Part shown: positions 31,181-40,900 of the stretch, one piece after another | Position numbering within the stretch: the stretch's first letter is position 1 | Layout: each line of letters begins with the position of its first letter | Source: Planctomycetota bacterium | Lineage (GTDB): Bacteria; Planctomycetota; Planctomycetia; JALXBF01 | Direction of reading: 5' to 3' | Assembly: GCA_026991575.1 (NCBI GenBank) | Contig: JALXBF010000116.1 | Span: forward strand, 1-64,000 | DNA length: 64,000 nt | Program-made: the position numbers and the translations under genes | The notes under the pieces: generated by a model | What the model was told of the DNA's origin: nothing | Database searches by the model: none | Seen by the model: the letters and a program-made list of their open reading frames with translations, nothing else

Positions 31181-33109
31181 ATGGCAACGCAAGAGCGGCG
31201 GCGTACGTTCGCCAATGGCCGCTACCGCCTCGAGAAAGTCCTGGGTAGTGGCGGCATGGCGACGACGTACTTGGCATGGGACAATGTCAATCGAAGTCGC
31301 GTCGTGATCAAGGTGCCGCGGCGGTCGGTGTTCCGGGACGCGGCCCATATCCAGCGTTTTGCCCGCGAAATGCGCACGCTGAGCGAGTTGAGTCACCCGC
31401 ACATCGTGCGCATCCTCGACTCGGGTGTCGAGCAAAACCTCCCCTTCTACGTCATGCAATATCTGCCTGGGGGATCGCTCGAAGATCGCATGCGACCAGG
31501 TGGGGCGCCAGCGCGGATCTTTCCCCCCGAAACCGTGCATGCGTGGCTGGCTCCTATCGCTGCCGCGTTGGACTACATCCATGCCCGTGGCATCGTTCAC
31601 CGTGATGTGAAACCGGGGAACATCCTCTTTGACGAACAAGAGACCACCCACTTAGCCGACTTCGGGCTGGCCAAGGCGATTCGCGCAGACGAACTGATGC
31701 CATCGGACACCCTCACGGCCGCTGGCATCGTGATGGGCACCCCACGCTATGTTGCCCCTGAGATCGTCCAGGGGCACCGTCCCACAGGCCATTCTGACCA
31801 GTACTCCCTAGCCGTGACGGCCTACGAGATGCTTGTCGGACGGCCACCGTTCGATGCTCCGGCCTCTTCGGTGCTGGTACTTCATGTTAGCCAGCCGCCA
31901 CCGCCGCCCAGCAGCTGGGGGGTGCAGCTTCCACGCGCTCTGGACGCGGTCATCCTGCGCGCACTGGCCAAGGACCCACGTGAACGCTATCCGACTTGCA
32001 CTGCGTTCATGGATGACTTCTACCAGGCCCTGGCCTACGGCGTCGCCGCGGCAGCGCCGCCGGTGAGTACGACCGTGGCAATGGACCTCAGCACGCTGCC
32101 AACTGCACCGGTCAGCCGGCCGCGGCGCCTTTCGAGGAGGGTCACGCAAGCCGGCCGCCCCTGGGTGTATGCGGCCGTATCAGCAGCCGCTACCGCGATC
32201 ATCTTTCTGGTCCTTGGCGGCTTCCGGATGCTGTCTCAGCATCAGCCGAACCCGGCTTCCGCCGATGGCACCGCACAGGTAGCGGACCGTGGTGCGGAAG
32301 CGAACAGCGCAGACGAGGAGCTTTCAGGCTTGGAAGGCTCCCGGGGCGGCTCGCGGCACTCGTCCACCTCAGCCGGTGCCGAACCCGCCCCGCTCAGCAG
32401 CAACTCGTCCGCTCCACTGGCGGCAGTGACTGCCACTGTGGAGCGATTGCTGCGGAAAGCCGAGATGCGCAGGCCGCTTCGCGACCCACTCATCGGCCCG
32501 GAATTTGCCGAGTTAGGCAGGTACGCGGGCTATCGCTGGGTAGCTGTATTTGCCAGCGGAGCGGTCCTTCGGCTGCGCCCGCATGAAATGCAGGCATTGG
32601 AGGCCGAGGTCGGGCGGGAACTGGAAATGGACCCCGGCCGGGGCGAGAACCCGGATTCGGCTACGGTGCAGGCAATCGGCAGGGCATTTGCGCGCCAACT
32701 ACGCCTTCTCGGAATGCCACCGGCGCGCACACCACGTACTCCAGACGAACTGACCAGAGCCATGGACTTGGTCACCGCCCAGGTGGAACGGATGTTACGT
32801 CGCGACCTTCTCGACGCGCAAGCAGCACGAAGGTTCGGTGAAGAAGTCGATTGGTACAAGCGCGAACTGCAAGCAATGGAGCCAGCCGCGGCAGGCGCCT
32901 TCCAACGCTTGGTACTTGACCAAATGCTGCTGTGTCGCCAGCTGCTACTCGCCGTACAGTTTGCGGTTCCAGAGCAAGCTGAGGTCGCTGGCTCGCTATG
33001 GCAGCAGGCTGAGGAGTCGTTGGCCGAGTGCCTGACGGTCGGCCAGCAACTGGATGTGTTGGGTCCGCTGGAGGTACAGCTGTGGCTGCAACTAACACAT
33101 GCCCCGTAA
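31181..33109 (+). CDS. Hanks-type Ser/Thr kinase with TM and unknown extracytoplasmic helical domain (cassette copy 2)
   Basis: LGSGGMA, VVIK, HRDVKPGN, DFGLA, GTPRYVAPE; TM WVYAAVSAAATAIIFLVLGGF; GGGGAG RBS. Confidence 0.93.
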   Translation: MATQERRRTFANGRYRLEKVLGSGGMATTYLAWDNVNRSRVVIKVPRRSVFRDAAHIQRFAREMRTLSELSHPHIVRILDSGVEQNLPFYVMQYLPGGSLEDRMRPGGAPARIFPPETVHAWLAPIAAALDYIHARGIVHRDVKPGNILFDEQETTHLADFGLAKAIRADELMPSDTLTAAGIVMGTPRYVAPEIVQGHRPTGHSDQYSLAVTAYEMLVGRPPFDAPASSVLVLHVSQPPPPPSSWGVQLPRALDAVILRALAKDPRERYPTCTAFMDDFYQALAYGVAAAAPPVSTTVAMDLSTLPTAPVSRPRRLSRRVTQAGRPWVYAAVSAAATAIIFLVLGGFRMLSQHQPNPASADGTAQVADRGAEANSADEELSGLEGSRGGSRHSSTSAGAEPAPLSSNSSAPLAAVTATVERLLRKAEMRRPLRDPLIGPEFAELGRYAGYRWVAVFASGAVLRLRPHEMQALEAEVGRELEMDPGRGENPDSATVQAIGRAFARQLRLLGMPPARTPRTPDELTRAMDLVTAQVERMLRRDLLDAQAARRFGEEVDWYKRELQAMEPAAAGAFQRLVLDQMLLCRQLLLAVQFAVPEQAEVAGSLWQQAEESLAECLTVGQQLDVLGPLEVQLWLQLTHAP

Positions 33110-33138
33110 CCCGGTCCGCGATCCGCTGGCTATGCTCC

Positions 33139-34326
33139 ATGATGGCCGTAGGGGGGGTGCTCTGGTTCGCCGGCCCGCCAGCCGTTCCGCAAGAGCCGCC
33201 CGGTGGGCAGCGGTCGGCAGAGCTGCCATTGCCAACCGCTGATCGAACGACAGAGTTCGACGAAGTAGAGCTGGACGAACGGGAACTGGAACTGCTCTCG
33301 CCCGATTTCCCCGACGGCTATCTGGAAGCCGCTCGGAAGTATCTGCAGTACGACTCGCCTGAAGCGCAGGCAGTCGCCAATCACCTGCTGCGTGTGGCTG
33401 CAACGTTGTGCCGCGGCGAGAAGCGTGCCGAAGCGCTTGCTTTGCTTGCCTTCTCAGACCCGGACCCGCTCCGGGCAGCCGCAGCACGCGCCTTGCTCAT
33501 CCATAGCCGAAGTGAACTGGCTCGCGCTGCCCTCGAGCAGCTTCGCAACCAAGCAGTCGCCGCAACCGGGCGGACCCGCGAGGAGCAGAACGCCCTCCTG
33601 GTCGGCCTACACAACGCACTTAGCGAATCGGTTGCCAATGGCACGCTGGCACCCCTGGCAGCCTACCGCGAGTCGTCGCCGAGCGCCGCTGCAGTAGTGG
33701 ACCGGTTGCTTGCAACCGAGCCGATCGTCCGGCAACACTTCCACGAGTGGCAACGTATGCAACAGGTTTCGTTAGCGGCTGAAGTGCGCACGGCGAGCGA
33801 CCAACGACAGGGCAGAAGGAAGTGCGCCACATGTGGGGGAACCGGAGTTCAGGATTGCCCCATTAAAGCCTGCCATAATGGCACGGTCCGTTGTCCAAAG
33901 TGTCGTGGGGCTGGCTTCCGGACCCGCATCGTTACCGTCCGGCGCGTTGTTTCGTTGCCGACTGGCGGCAGTATTCCCGTACCGGAAAGAAGACGCGTGC
34001 ACGAGCAATGTCAAGCCTGCAAAGGACAAGCCCGATGGCTCTGTACCGTTTGCAAGGGCCGCGGCAACATCGGCCCGTGTCCGGAATGCGGTGGCCGCGG
34101 TAAGCGAGAACAGGTGGCTGCAATGCCCAGGTGGCACATGCCTGCCGATGTGAAACGGAGGCTGTCCCAGATTGCCCAGAGACTAGATGGTCAGTCTCAT
34201 CCGATCTACGTGCAATACCTGCTGGCCGGTGGCCATGCGATTCCCTGCACCGTGAGAGACTATGAGCGGGTGCTGCGCGAGCCCCGCGTATACCGACGTG
34301 GCGGTCTCTGGGTCCAGCAGCCGTAG
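33139..34326 (+). CDS. Exported protein with extended DnaJ-like CxxCxGxG zinc-finger region (cassette copy 2)
   Basis: CATCGGTG, CPIKACHNG, CPKCRGAG, CQACKGQA, CTVCKGRG, CPECGGRG; ends EPRVYRRGGLWVQQP; start may be at 33106 (see findings). Confidence 0.85.
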   Translation: MMAVGGVLWFAGPPAVPQEPPGGQRSAELPLPTADRTTEFDEVELDERELELLSPDFPDGYLEAARKYLQYDSPEAQAVANHLLRVAATLCRGEKRAEALALLAFSDPDPLRAAAARALLIHSRSELARAALEQLRNQAVAATGRTREEQNALLVGLHNALSESVANGTLAPLAAYRESSPSAAAVVDRLLATEPIVRQHFHEWQRMQQVSLAAEVRTASDQRQGRRKCATCGGTGVQDCPIKACHNGTVRCPKCRGAGFRTRIVTVRRVVSLPTGGSIPVPERRRVHEQCQACKGQARWLCTVCKGRGNIGPCPECGGRGKREQVAAMPRWHMPADVKRRLSQIAQRLDGQSHPIYVQYLLAGGHAIPCTVRDYERVLREPRVYRRGGLWVQQP

Positions 34327-34361
34327 CGGACCGGCCGAACCTGCAGCCGGGAGAGGAGTTG

Positions 34362-35792
34362 GTGAGTTCAACGCTGCCGTCCATTCTGATCGAAATCAAG
34401 AACACCGGACAGCAGGTCACCGTACACGCCCCGGGGGGCTGGATCGGTCGCGAAGTCGACTGTGTAGTACGGATTCCTCCTCGCGAGTTCCCCACCGTTG
34501 GGCGGCATCACGCACAGCTCCTGTACGACCCATTGCACGGCTGGCAGCTGATCGGCTTGCACCGCAACGGCACGGCGGTCAACGGGAACCCGGCCACCTA
34601 CCCGATCCCGCTTCAAGTCGGCGACGTCATCGAGCTGTCTCAAGGCACCGTGTGTCTGGTCGTGCGTCAGACTAGCGGCCCGGCTGCCTCGGGTGGCCAC
34701 TCGCTTGCAGGTCAGCTCTCCCACCGGTCCAACGGACTCGACGCCGCACCGGCCACTGCGGCTGTTTCCAGTAGTGGTACGCCGACTACCCCGCCGCCAG
34801 CTACCGCTCCGTGGGGCCCTCCCTATGGCCCCCCTCAGCCGGCAACTCCAGACGGAGGCAGTGCAGCGCCTGCCTCGCCCGCCACCGGGCCTGCTGCCAG
34901 CTCCCAGGGGCATCGCCCCGTCATCCTCGCCGTTGCCCTGGCCGCGGGCGTCGCCGCCGGCGTCCTTCTGACCCTGTTGGCCTTGCTCTGGCCCCGTGCT
35001 GATGACGCAGTGGATGGTGCCACAACGAAGCAAGCGGGCTCACACCAAGGAAGGACCAACACGGTGTTGGAGGCTGACTGGTCCCCGCCGCATGTTGATT
35101 CTGCAATCGAAGCCAGCCGTGACCGGCTCAGGTCGATGGACCTGCCGATCTGTATCGTCCGGGTGAAGGCCGAAGGCGAGCTGCGCTTCCCCCACACGTT
35201 GCTGTGGCCCATCGGCGAGGACCAGTTTCTGGTCTCCTCCGCAGCCTTCCGTTCGCTGCAACAAGTGACGAGCGTCGAGGACTTGCCAATGACGCTAAGT
35301 CCCGCTTCGATCCGCCAGCCTAACTCCCCGGTGGGATCGCTCCTGTTGAAGGATCCGCCCGCTGGTTCAGACTGGATTCTCGCTGCGACGCTGCAGACCC
35401 GGCGTCCCCACCGCTGGTCCCTGCCACTTTGTCCGCCCGACAAGTGCCCGCAGCCCGGCGACACGGTCTTCGTCGTGTTCTGCCCGCACGGCGGGGAAAA
35501 AATGGTTGCGGGCACGAAACTGCCTCTGATCGCCTATCCTGCGCGCGTCGGCACCATGGTACACGACGGCATTCCTCCGAAACTGGTGCTATTCCTCGTG
35601 CTGGAGAGCGAGGGCCAAGTCTTGCGTCTGCTAAAGTACCTGGAAGCGTCACCGGGAGTATTGGACACCAGACAGCGTTTCGTGGGAATCCTCTCGGTTG
35701 TCCCGCCTGAGCTGGCAGCCCAAGCACAAATCCCGAAGGAAATCGTCAAGCACGTCGTTCCCGCGGTCTTCTGGCAGTCGGTTGTTTACTAG
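34362..35792 (+). CDS. FHA domain + TM + degenerate trypsin-like domain protein (cassette copy 2)
   Basis: WIGR..C, VGRHHAQL, HRNGTAVNG, LQVGDVIEL; Pro/Ala linker; TM; GAGAGGAG RBS. Confidence 0.85.
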   Translation: MSSTLPSILIEIKNTGQQVTVHAPGGWIGREVDCVVRIPPREFPTVGRHHAQLLYDPLHGWQLIGLHRNGTAVNGNPATYPIPLQVGDVIELSQGTVCLVVRQTSGPAASGGHSLAGQLSHRSNGLDAAPATAAVSSSGTPTTPPPATAPWGPPYGPPQPATPDGGSAAPASPATGPAASSQGHRPVILAVALAAGVAAGVLLTLLALLWPRADDAVDGATTKQAGSHQGRTNTVLEADWSPPHVDSAIEASRDRLRSMDLPICIVRVKAEGELRFPHTLLWPIGEDQFLVSSAAFRSLQQVTSVEDLPMTLSPASIRQPNSPVGSLLLKDPPAGSDWILAATLQTRRPHRWSLPLCPPDKCPQPGDTVFVVFCPHGGEKMVAGTKLPLIAYPARVGTMVHDGIPPKLVLFLVLESEGQVLRLLKYLEASPGVLDTRQRFVGILSVVPPELAAQAQIPKEIVKHVVPAVFWQSVVY

Positions 35793-35983
35793 CCGGTGCA
35801 AGACGGGGGTACGGAATCTCGCGAGCCCCCAGAGGGTCTGACGCGACCAACACTGTTCCCCGGTGCGGTTGCCGTAACCACCGGTGGCGCTGTCAGAGCC
35901 ACCCTGACACCAGGGGTGACCGAGACGGTGAAATGTCGTAAGATTGTGTGCGCAAAGGCAACAGCGGCCAAAAGGGGGTCATC

Positions 35984-37156
35984 ATGGTGAGAATCGTGAC
36001 GTGGTGTTCCGCAGTCCGCCGCACGGTCGTGTTGACAAGCATTTTCCTCTGTTTCCTGGGCTCATTGCCCGCGGCAGCCCAGTTGCAACCGCGGCGGGAT
36101 CTGGGTTTCCCACTTAACCTCTGGCTGGGCGGCGGTGGCGCGGTTGGGTATCCACCCGCAGCGGCCATGCCCAACACACCGATGCCTTTCGGCATACTCT
36201 CGCAGTTCGATCCGGCAACGATGTACCTGGCACCACGCATCCTCCGCCAGCTCGCCATCCTGAACGTCGCCCGGTACGACGCCGAAGTCGGGCGTTGGCG
36301 CGGCATCGCCATGCAGGAACTGGCCGAAGGTATTGCCGCGATGAGTGAGGCCCGAGTTAAGTGGTTCGAGAGCCTCCTGAAAGTGCACCACCTGCGGCGC
36401 AAGCTCCTTGAGGCCAGGATAGACACCTACCTGGAGAAGCAGCAGAAGTTCCGGGAGGCTTACCGCAAGCGAGCCCAGAACCCTCAGACACTGGTGCCCA
36501 GCGAAACCGAAGCCAATTACCTCCTGGCAGAACTGGCGCCGACGATCATGAGCGCCATGACGTTGGGTGACACCACCCCCATCCAAATGGCCGAGAGAAT
36601 CACCTTCACCGATGACGAACTTCGCCACATCCGTGTCGCCGACAGCCAGTACAAGAGTCGTGGGCGTGTGGAGTGGACGCTGCAAGGCGGGGAGGTGATG
36701 TCGCTTCAGTGGCCGGTCCTGCTCAGGGACAAACAATTCGAACCGTTGCGCCGCGAGATCGAAACGCTACGCGACAAGATGCTCCGCGAACTCCAAGAAG
36801 ACGGCAGCGTCCGCAAAGAGACCTATGACGCAATGCTTGCCGCGCTCGACCGGCTGGACCGCGCAATCACGGAAGTCTTCCCGCTGTACAAGGATCAACC
36901 GCTCGGGCCCGAGCAACTGGCGCGAGTCCATGCCAGACAGTTCGTACGGTTATTGAAGTTCGGCACCGTCCGCCTCGCGTCACTACGCGACACCTCCGTG
37001 TTGCGTCTGGCCGGCTCGTTCAAGGGCAACACGCTGGCCGACATCCTGAAGTACATGGTGTCGCACGGTCTAGTGTTCGCGGCGCCCAAGCCCGGTGACG
37101 AAGCAGCCTATCGCAAGCTGATCGATGCGCTGCGCCGCGTGTACCTGTCGCTCTAA
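35984..37156 (+). CDS. Exported hypothetical protein (helical, planctomycete-type)
   Basis: Signal peptide ending PAAA-Q; long ORF with coding-like composition; candidate promoter GTGACC-N17-TAAGAT at 35916-35944. Confidence 0.8.
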   Translation: MVRIVTWCSAVRRTVVLTSIFLCFLGSLPAAAQLQPRRDLGFPLNLWLGGGGAVGYPPAAAMPNTPMPFGILSQFDPATMYLAPRILRQLAILNVARYDAEVGRWRGIAMQELAEGIAAMSEARVKWFESLLKVHHLRRKLLEARIDTYLEKQQKFREAYRKRAQNPQTLVPSETEANYLLAELAPTIMSAMTLGDTTPIQMAERITFTDDELRHIRVADSQYKSRGRVEWTLQGGEVMSLQWPVLLRDKQFEPLRREIETLRDKMLRELQEDGSVRKETYDAMLAALDRLDRAITEVFPLYKDQPLGPEQLARVHARQFVRLLKFGTVRLASLRDTSVLRLAGSFKGNTLADILKYMVSHGLVFAAPKPGDEAAYRKLIDALRRVYLSL

Positions 37157-37603
37157 CGCAGAGACGGGCCGAGTGCCACAGTGGCTTGCGGGTGAGTAGC
37201 ACAGCCCGACCGGTGGCCGACGTCGGCCCGGGTAAGTGGCGGCTGTCGCGGAGGTGCGCCCCTGTCACTGTCGGCATTCGGCAACGGTCTCAACTGCGGA
37301 CCGTGCCAGAACGCAACGCCGGCTGTCTTGTTGCCTTGCCGGCCGGGCCCGTTGTAGCGGATGTGCATGGGCGTACGGAATCGAGCAGGCCGTCGCCTGC
37401 AAGCGGCCCCCACTGCCTAACCTCGTCCGCTCCTGACCGTGCAGAAGGGCCCGCAGCGGGATCCAGCCCGTTGTGGCACCGATCTCCCGGTGAACGTCCA
37501 CCGCCCAGCCATGCTCAAGCCGATGCCCTGCCCGGCCGGCAAACGTGCCAGCGGAAATAGCTGCTGCACTCGCGGCATCCGAATTGCTACGACGACGAAC
37601 AGT

Positions 37604-37637
37604 AGAAGTCATAGACCGAGAGAAGTCATAGACCGAG
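37604..37637. repeat. Perfect 17-bp tandem direct repeat
   Basis: AGAAGTCATAGACCGAG x2 (37604-37620, 37621-37637). Confidence 0.95.
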
Positions 37638-37780
37638 GGGCATGCCGGTGTCGCGCGGGCCGACCGTGCGGGCCGTTGTGACCAGCTGATGCGTGCTTCT
37701 CTCTCTGTTGGCCTAGTGCCCCGTGGGCAGCACCTGCGCCGTCGAAGGACGGCGCCGAATGCGTCCTGGCGGAAACACCG

Positions 37781-37809
37781 TTGCCAGGCTGCGTGTGTCT
37801 GGGTAAACT
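37781..37809 (+). promoter_or_regulatory. sigma70-type promoter for the giant FG-GAP gene pair
   Basis: TTGCCA-N17-TAAACT. Confidence 0.55.
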
Positions 37810-37997
37810 GGGCAATGTGCATGGGATTGGGAGAGGGAGTGGTTCAACGCGGATAGAGACGGGCCGGGCCTGCCTGTTGACGCGGACCGTCGCGTCACCG
37901 GCCGCCGCACACTCGCTCACGCACCCTTGTCCGCACCAGGGGAACGGCAAGTTCTCTGTCCGACCCCAACGTCTTTTTTGGTCAGAGGTAGCGCTCG

Positions 37998-40900
37998 ATG
38001 GGAAAGCGAGCCGGTCGCAAGAGTCGACTGAACCGGTTTGAAGCCCTCGAAGAACGCGTTCTGCTCTCGCTGTTGTTCACCGGTGACCAGGCGTTGGCAC
38101 GACTCGGCTGGTCCACGTCTTCGGTGGGCAACGTGCTGGACGACCGGGCCAGGGATCTGGAGGGGCAGGAGCTTCTGATCGGTGAGCCATTTCGCGACGA
38201 GCCCGGACGTATCGATAGCGGGGCGGTCTACTTGATCTTCGGCGGTGAGCACCTTGGCACCGACGATCAACAGGGGGCTTTTAACCCACGCAGTGACCAG
38301 GCCGCCGTTGAGATTGAAGAGGTGCTGCTGGCCGCCAACGGCATCCGGTTCATCGGTGCAACCGCTGGCGAGTGGGCCGGCTACAGTGTCGCGTCGGTCG
38401 GAAACGTCATCGGCGGTCCGGGCGATGATATTCTGATCGGTGCCCCCGGTGCCGACTGGACGAGCGGTCTGCCCGGCCGCGTCTACCTGATCGGGGACGA
38501 CCTCATCGAAACCGTTTACCGCCGCGCCGTCGCAATCCTGGCAGCCGGCGACGACCTGGAACTCGATGACGTCACCATCGACCTTAGCACCCTCGACCCC
38601 GCCACCTGGAACCCAGCCAATGGCTCGTTCGTCATCTTCGAAGGCGCTAACGCCAACGATCGCGTCGGCTTTGCCGTCGCAGGTATTGGCGACCGGTTCT
38701 TCGTCATCGGCGCTCCGGGCTACGAGCAGGAGGGCGAAGCGGCGCAAACGAACCGTGGCGCCGTCTATGTGATCCACCCGCGGGAGTATCTGTACGAAAA
38801 CCAACTCATCCGGCTCACCCAGAGCGAACTCGTCAACACTGGACGGGGCAATATCTTGATTGGCCCAGAACCGGGTGCCTATTTTGGTAGCAGCGTGTCG
38901 GGCATCGGCGACCCAATCGTCAATTCCGGCGGGACACCCTTCAGTGTAGACGGGGAGCCCGAGCCAGATTTTCTCATCGGCGCCCCGCACGTGACGCTGG
39001 ACCGCTACTACCGCCGAGTTATTCCGCTCCTGGGTAGCGGTCGCGGTACGGTGTACGTGGTACCCGGTGTGTATACCGCGGATCAGGCCATCTCGGACGT
39101 GTTCGATTTCTCCGACCCGGGAACGCTTCAAACCCTCGGTGTCGTTCCCGTGCGGCGGCCAGCAGGGGTCGATTACCTGGGAGCCAATGTGAGCCAAGCA
39201 GGGGACCTCGACGTCGACGGCCTGCCTGACTTCATGTTCTCCGCCCCTGCGGTCGACGGCGGAGCGGGTCGGGTTTACGTCGTGTTCGGTCGGGAGTTCG
39301 GCGACACTTTTGTGGCCGGTCCTCAGGCCACGCCGATCAACCCGGACTCTTTCCCAGGTCGCATCGGCCTCACGCTCAATGGCGCGTCGCCCGGTGAGAA
39401 TGCAGGGGTCGGCCTCAGTGGCGGTATCAACGCCGGTGATCCGAACATCCGTCGACGTGGCGACGATATCTTCATCGGGGCACCGTTTGCAGACATAGCT
39501 CGCCCGGGACAGCCAGCCCTGATCGAAGCCGGTCGGACGTACGCTATCTTGGGCACGCCAGATTTCCAGGACCGCTCCGGTGATGTCATCAACCTTGTCG
39601 ACCTGCTCAGCGAATCTGAGGAAGGCGTGGTCCTGAGCGGGCGAATGACCGACCAATGGTTCGGCTTCTCGATAGCCGCTCTCGGCAACGTCTACGATTT
39701 TCCCGGTATCCCGACCCTGGATTTCATCGTCGGCGCTCCGGAAGCAACAACCGTGCGGAACAACGCGCCGATCACGGACGCAGGCGAGGCAGAACTGTTC
39801 TTCGGCATCCCAGGCCTTCTGCCCCTGCTGCCTTTCCGACGCGGCCTTGCGCCCGGGGCTGGTACGGTCTGGCAACCAGACCCGGCCCTGCCCACCGTCA
39901 TCTTTGCAAACGGCTTTGCCAGCATGCGCATGCTGTCGACGCTAACCGGTAAGATCGAAGCCGATCAGACCGGTCTCTTCGGCGACGATCTTTTCGTCAT
40001 CTCGCGCGGCTTACCCCAGCAGACCGACGGCATCCTGCCGCCGATTGGACCGGACGTCATCGGCACGGTATATCGCGTCGATCCGTACGGAACGCTGGCC
40101 ACTACCGTCGGTACCATCAGTGCTGCTGACAACCGCCGTGTCTTCGGTATCGTGCCCGGAACCGAGGCCGGTGTCGACGAGGACCTGTACCCATACCAGT
40201 TCGACATCGCCTTCGATATCAACGGCCGTTACAACCGGCTCTTCGGCGAACCGGTCATGTTTGTCAGCGTGGCAGATCGAGATGCCACCGGCTCGTTTAA
40301 CCCGCAGAATGCCATCTACGCTTTCACCCCCTCGGGCAAGCGGTACCTGTTCGCCTACTCGGCACGTGATGCCGACGGTGACGGTCGGCTCGACAACGTC
40401 CCGGCAGCAATCGCCGTAGCGAACGATCCATCGTTCGGTCAAGACCTGTACGTTATGGACGGCGTAGACGACGACTTCTACCCGGCTCCCGAGCCTGGTC
40501 AGCCTGTTCCCGACGAAGACGGTAACGTGCTGTACCGGGTCAGCCCCGAAACAACCTACCCGGTTAACCTCGACGCAACCGCCGTCCTACACCCGCGCAC
40601 CGAGATCACTCTGCCGGAACTATTCGCACCGCCCAACGACGAAGACATCCTCCCGCTGGCCAATCCGCGCGACATGGACGTGCGCGCCATGGTTTTCGAC
40701 CCCAACGCCAACCTGATCCAAGGGGGCCAGTACGGTACGCCGGCTTACCGATTCTATGGCGGGCTGTTCGTAGCCAGCAGCGATGTCCGTGGTGGTGAAA
40801 ACGGGCTGACCCGCATTCTCCACTACCCAACCTTGTCCACTCCCCCGGTGGACCTGATCGGACCGCGGTCAATCCTTGAGAACCCGAACATCACCGGCAT

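Noticed and set aside
37604..37637. Possible CRISPR repeat
   Set aside because: Only two abutting 17-bp copies, with no spacers and no cas genes.
37375..37640. Cobalamin riboswitch resemblance (GCGGCCCCCACTG ... AAGTCATAGACC)
   Set aside because: Lacks the GGGAA-GGTG-AA-TCC core and the GCCACTG/GGGAAG B12 box, and no B12-related gene lies downstream.
37160..37866. 12-bp direct repeat AGAGACGGGCCG (37160-37171, 37855-37866) as a target-site duplication
   Set aside because: No transposase or terminal inverted repeats adjacent; plausible by chance in GC-rich sequence.
37917..39875. 652-aa minus-strand ORF (also 43477-45126, 3528-4766, 6904-8097 and similar long antisense ORFs)
   Set aside because: Shadow frames of well-supported genes, expected in high-GC DNA; no motifs.
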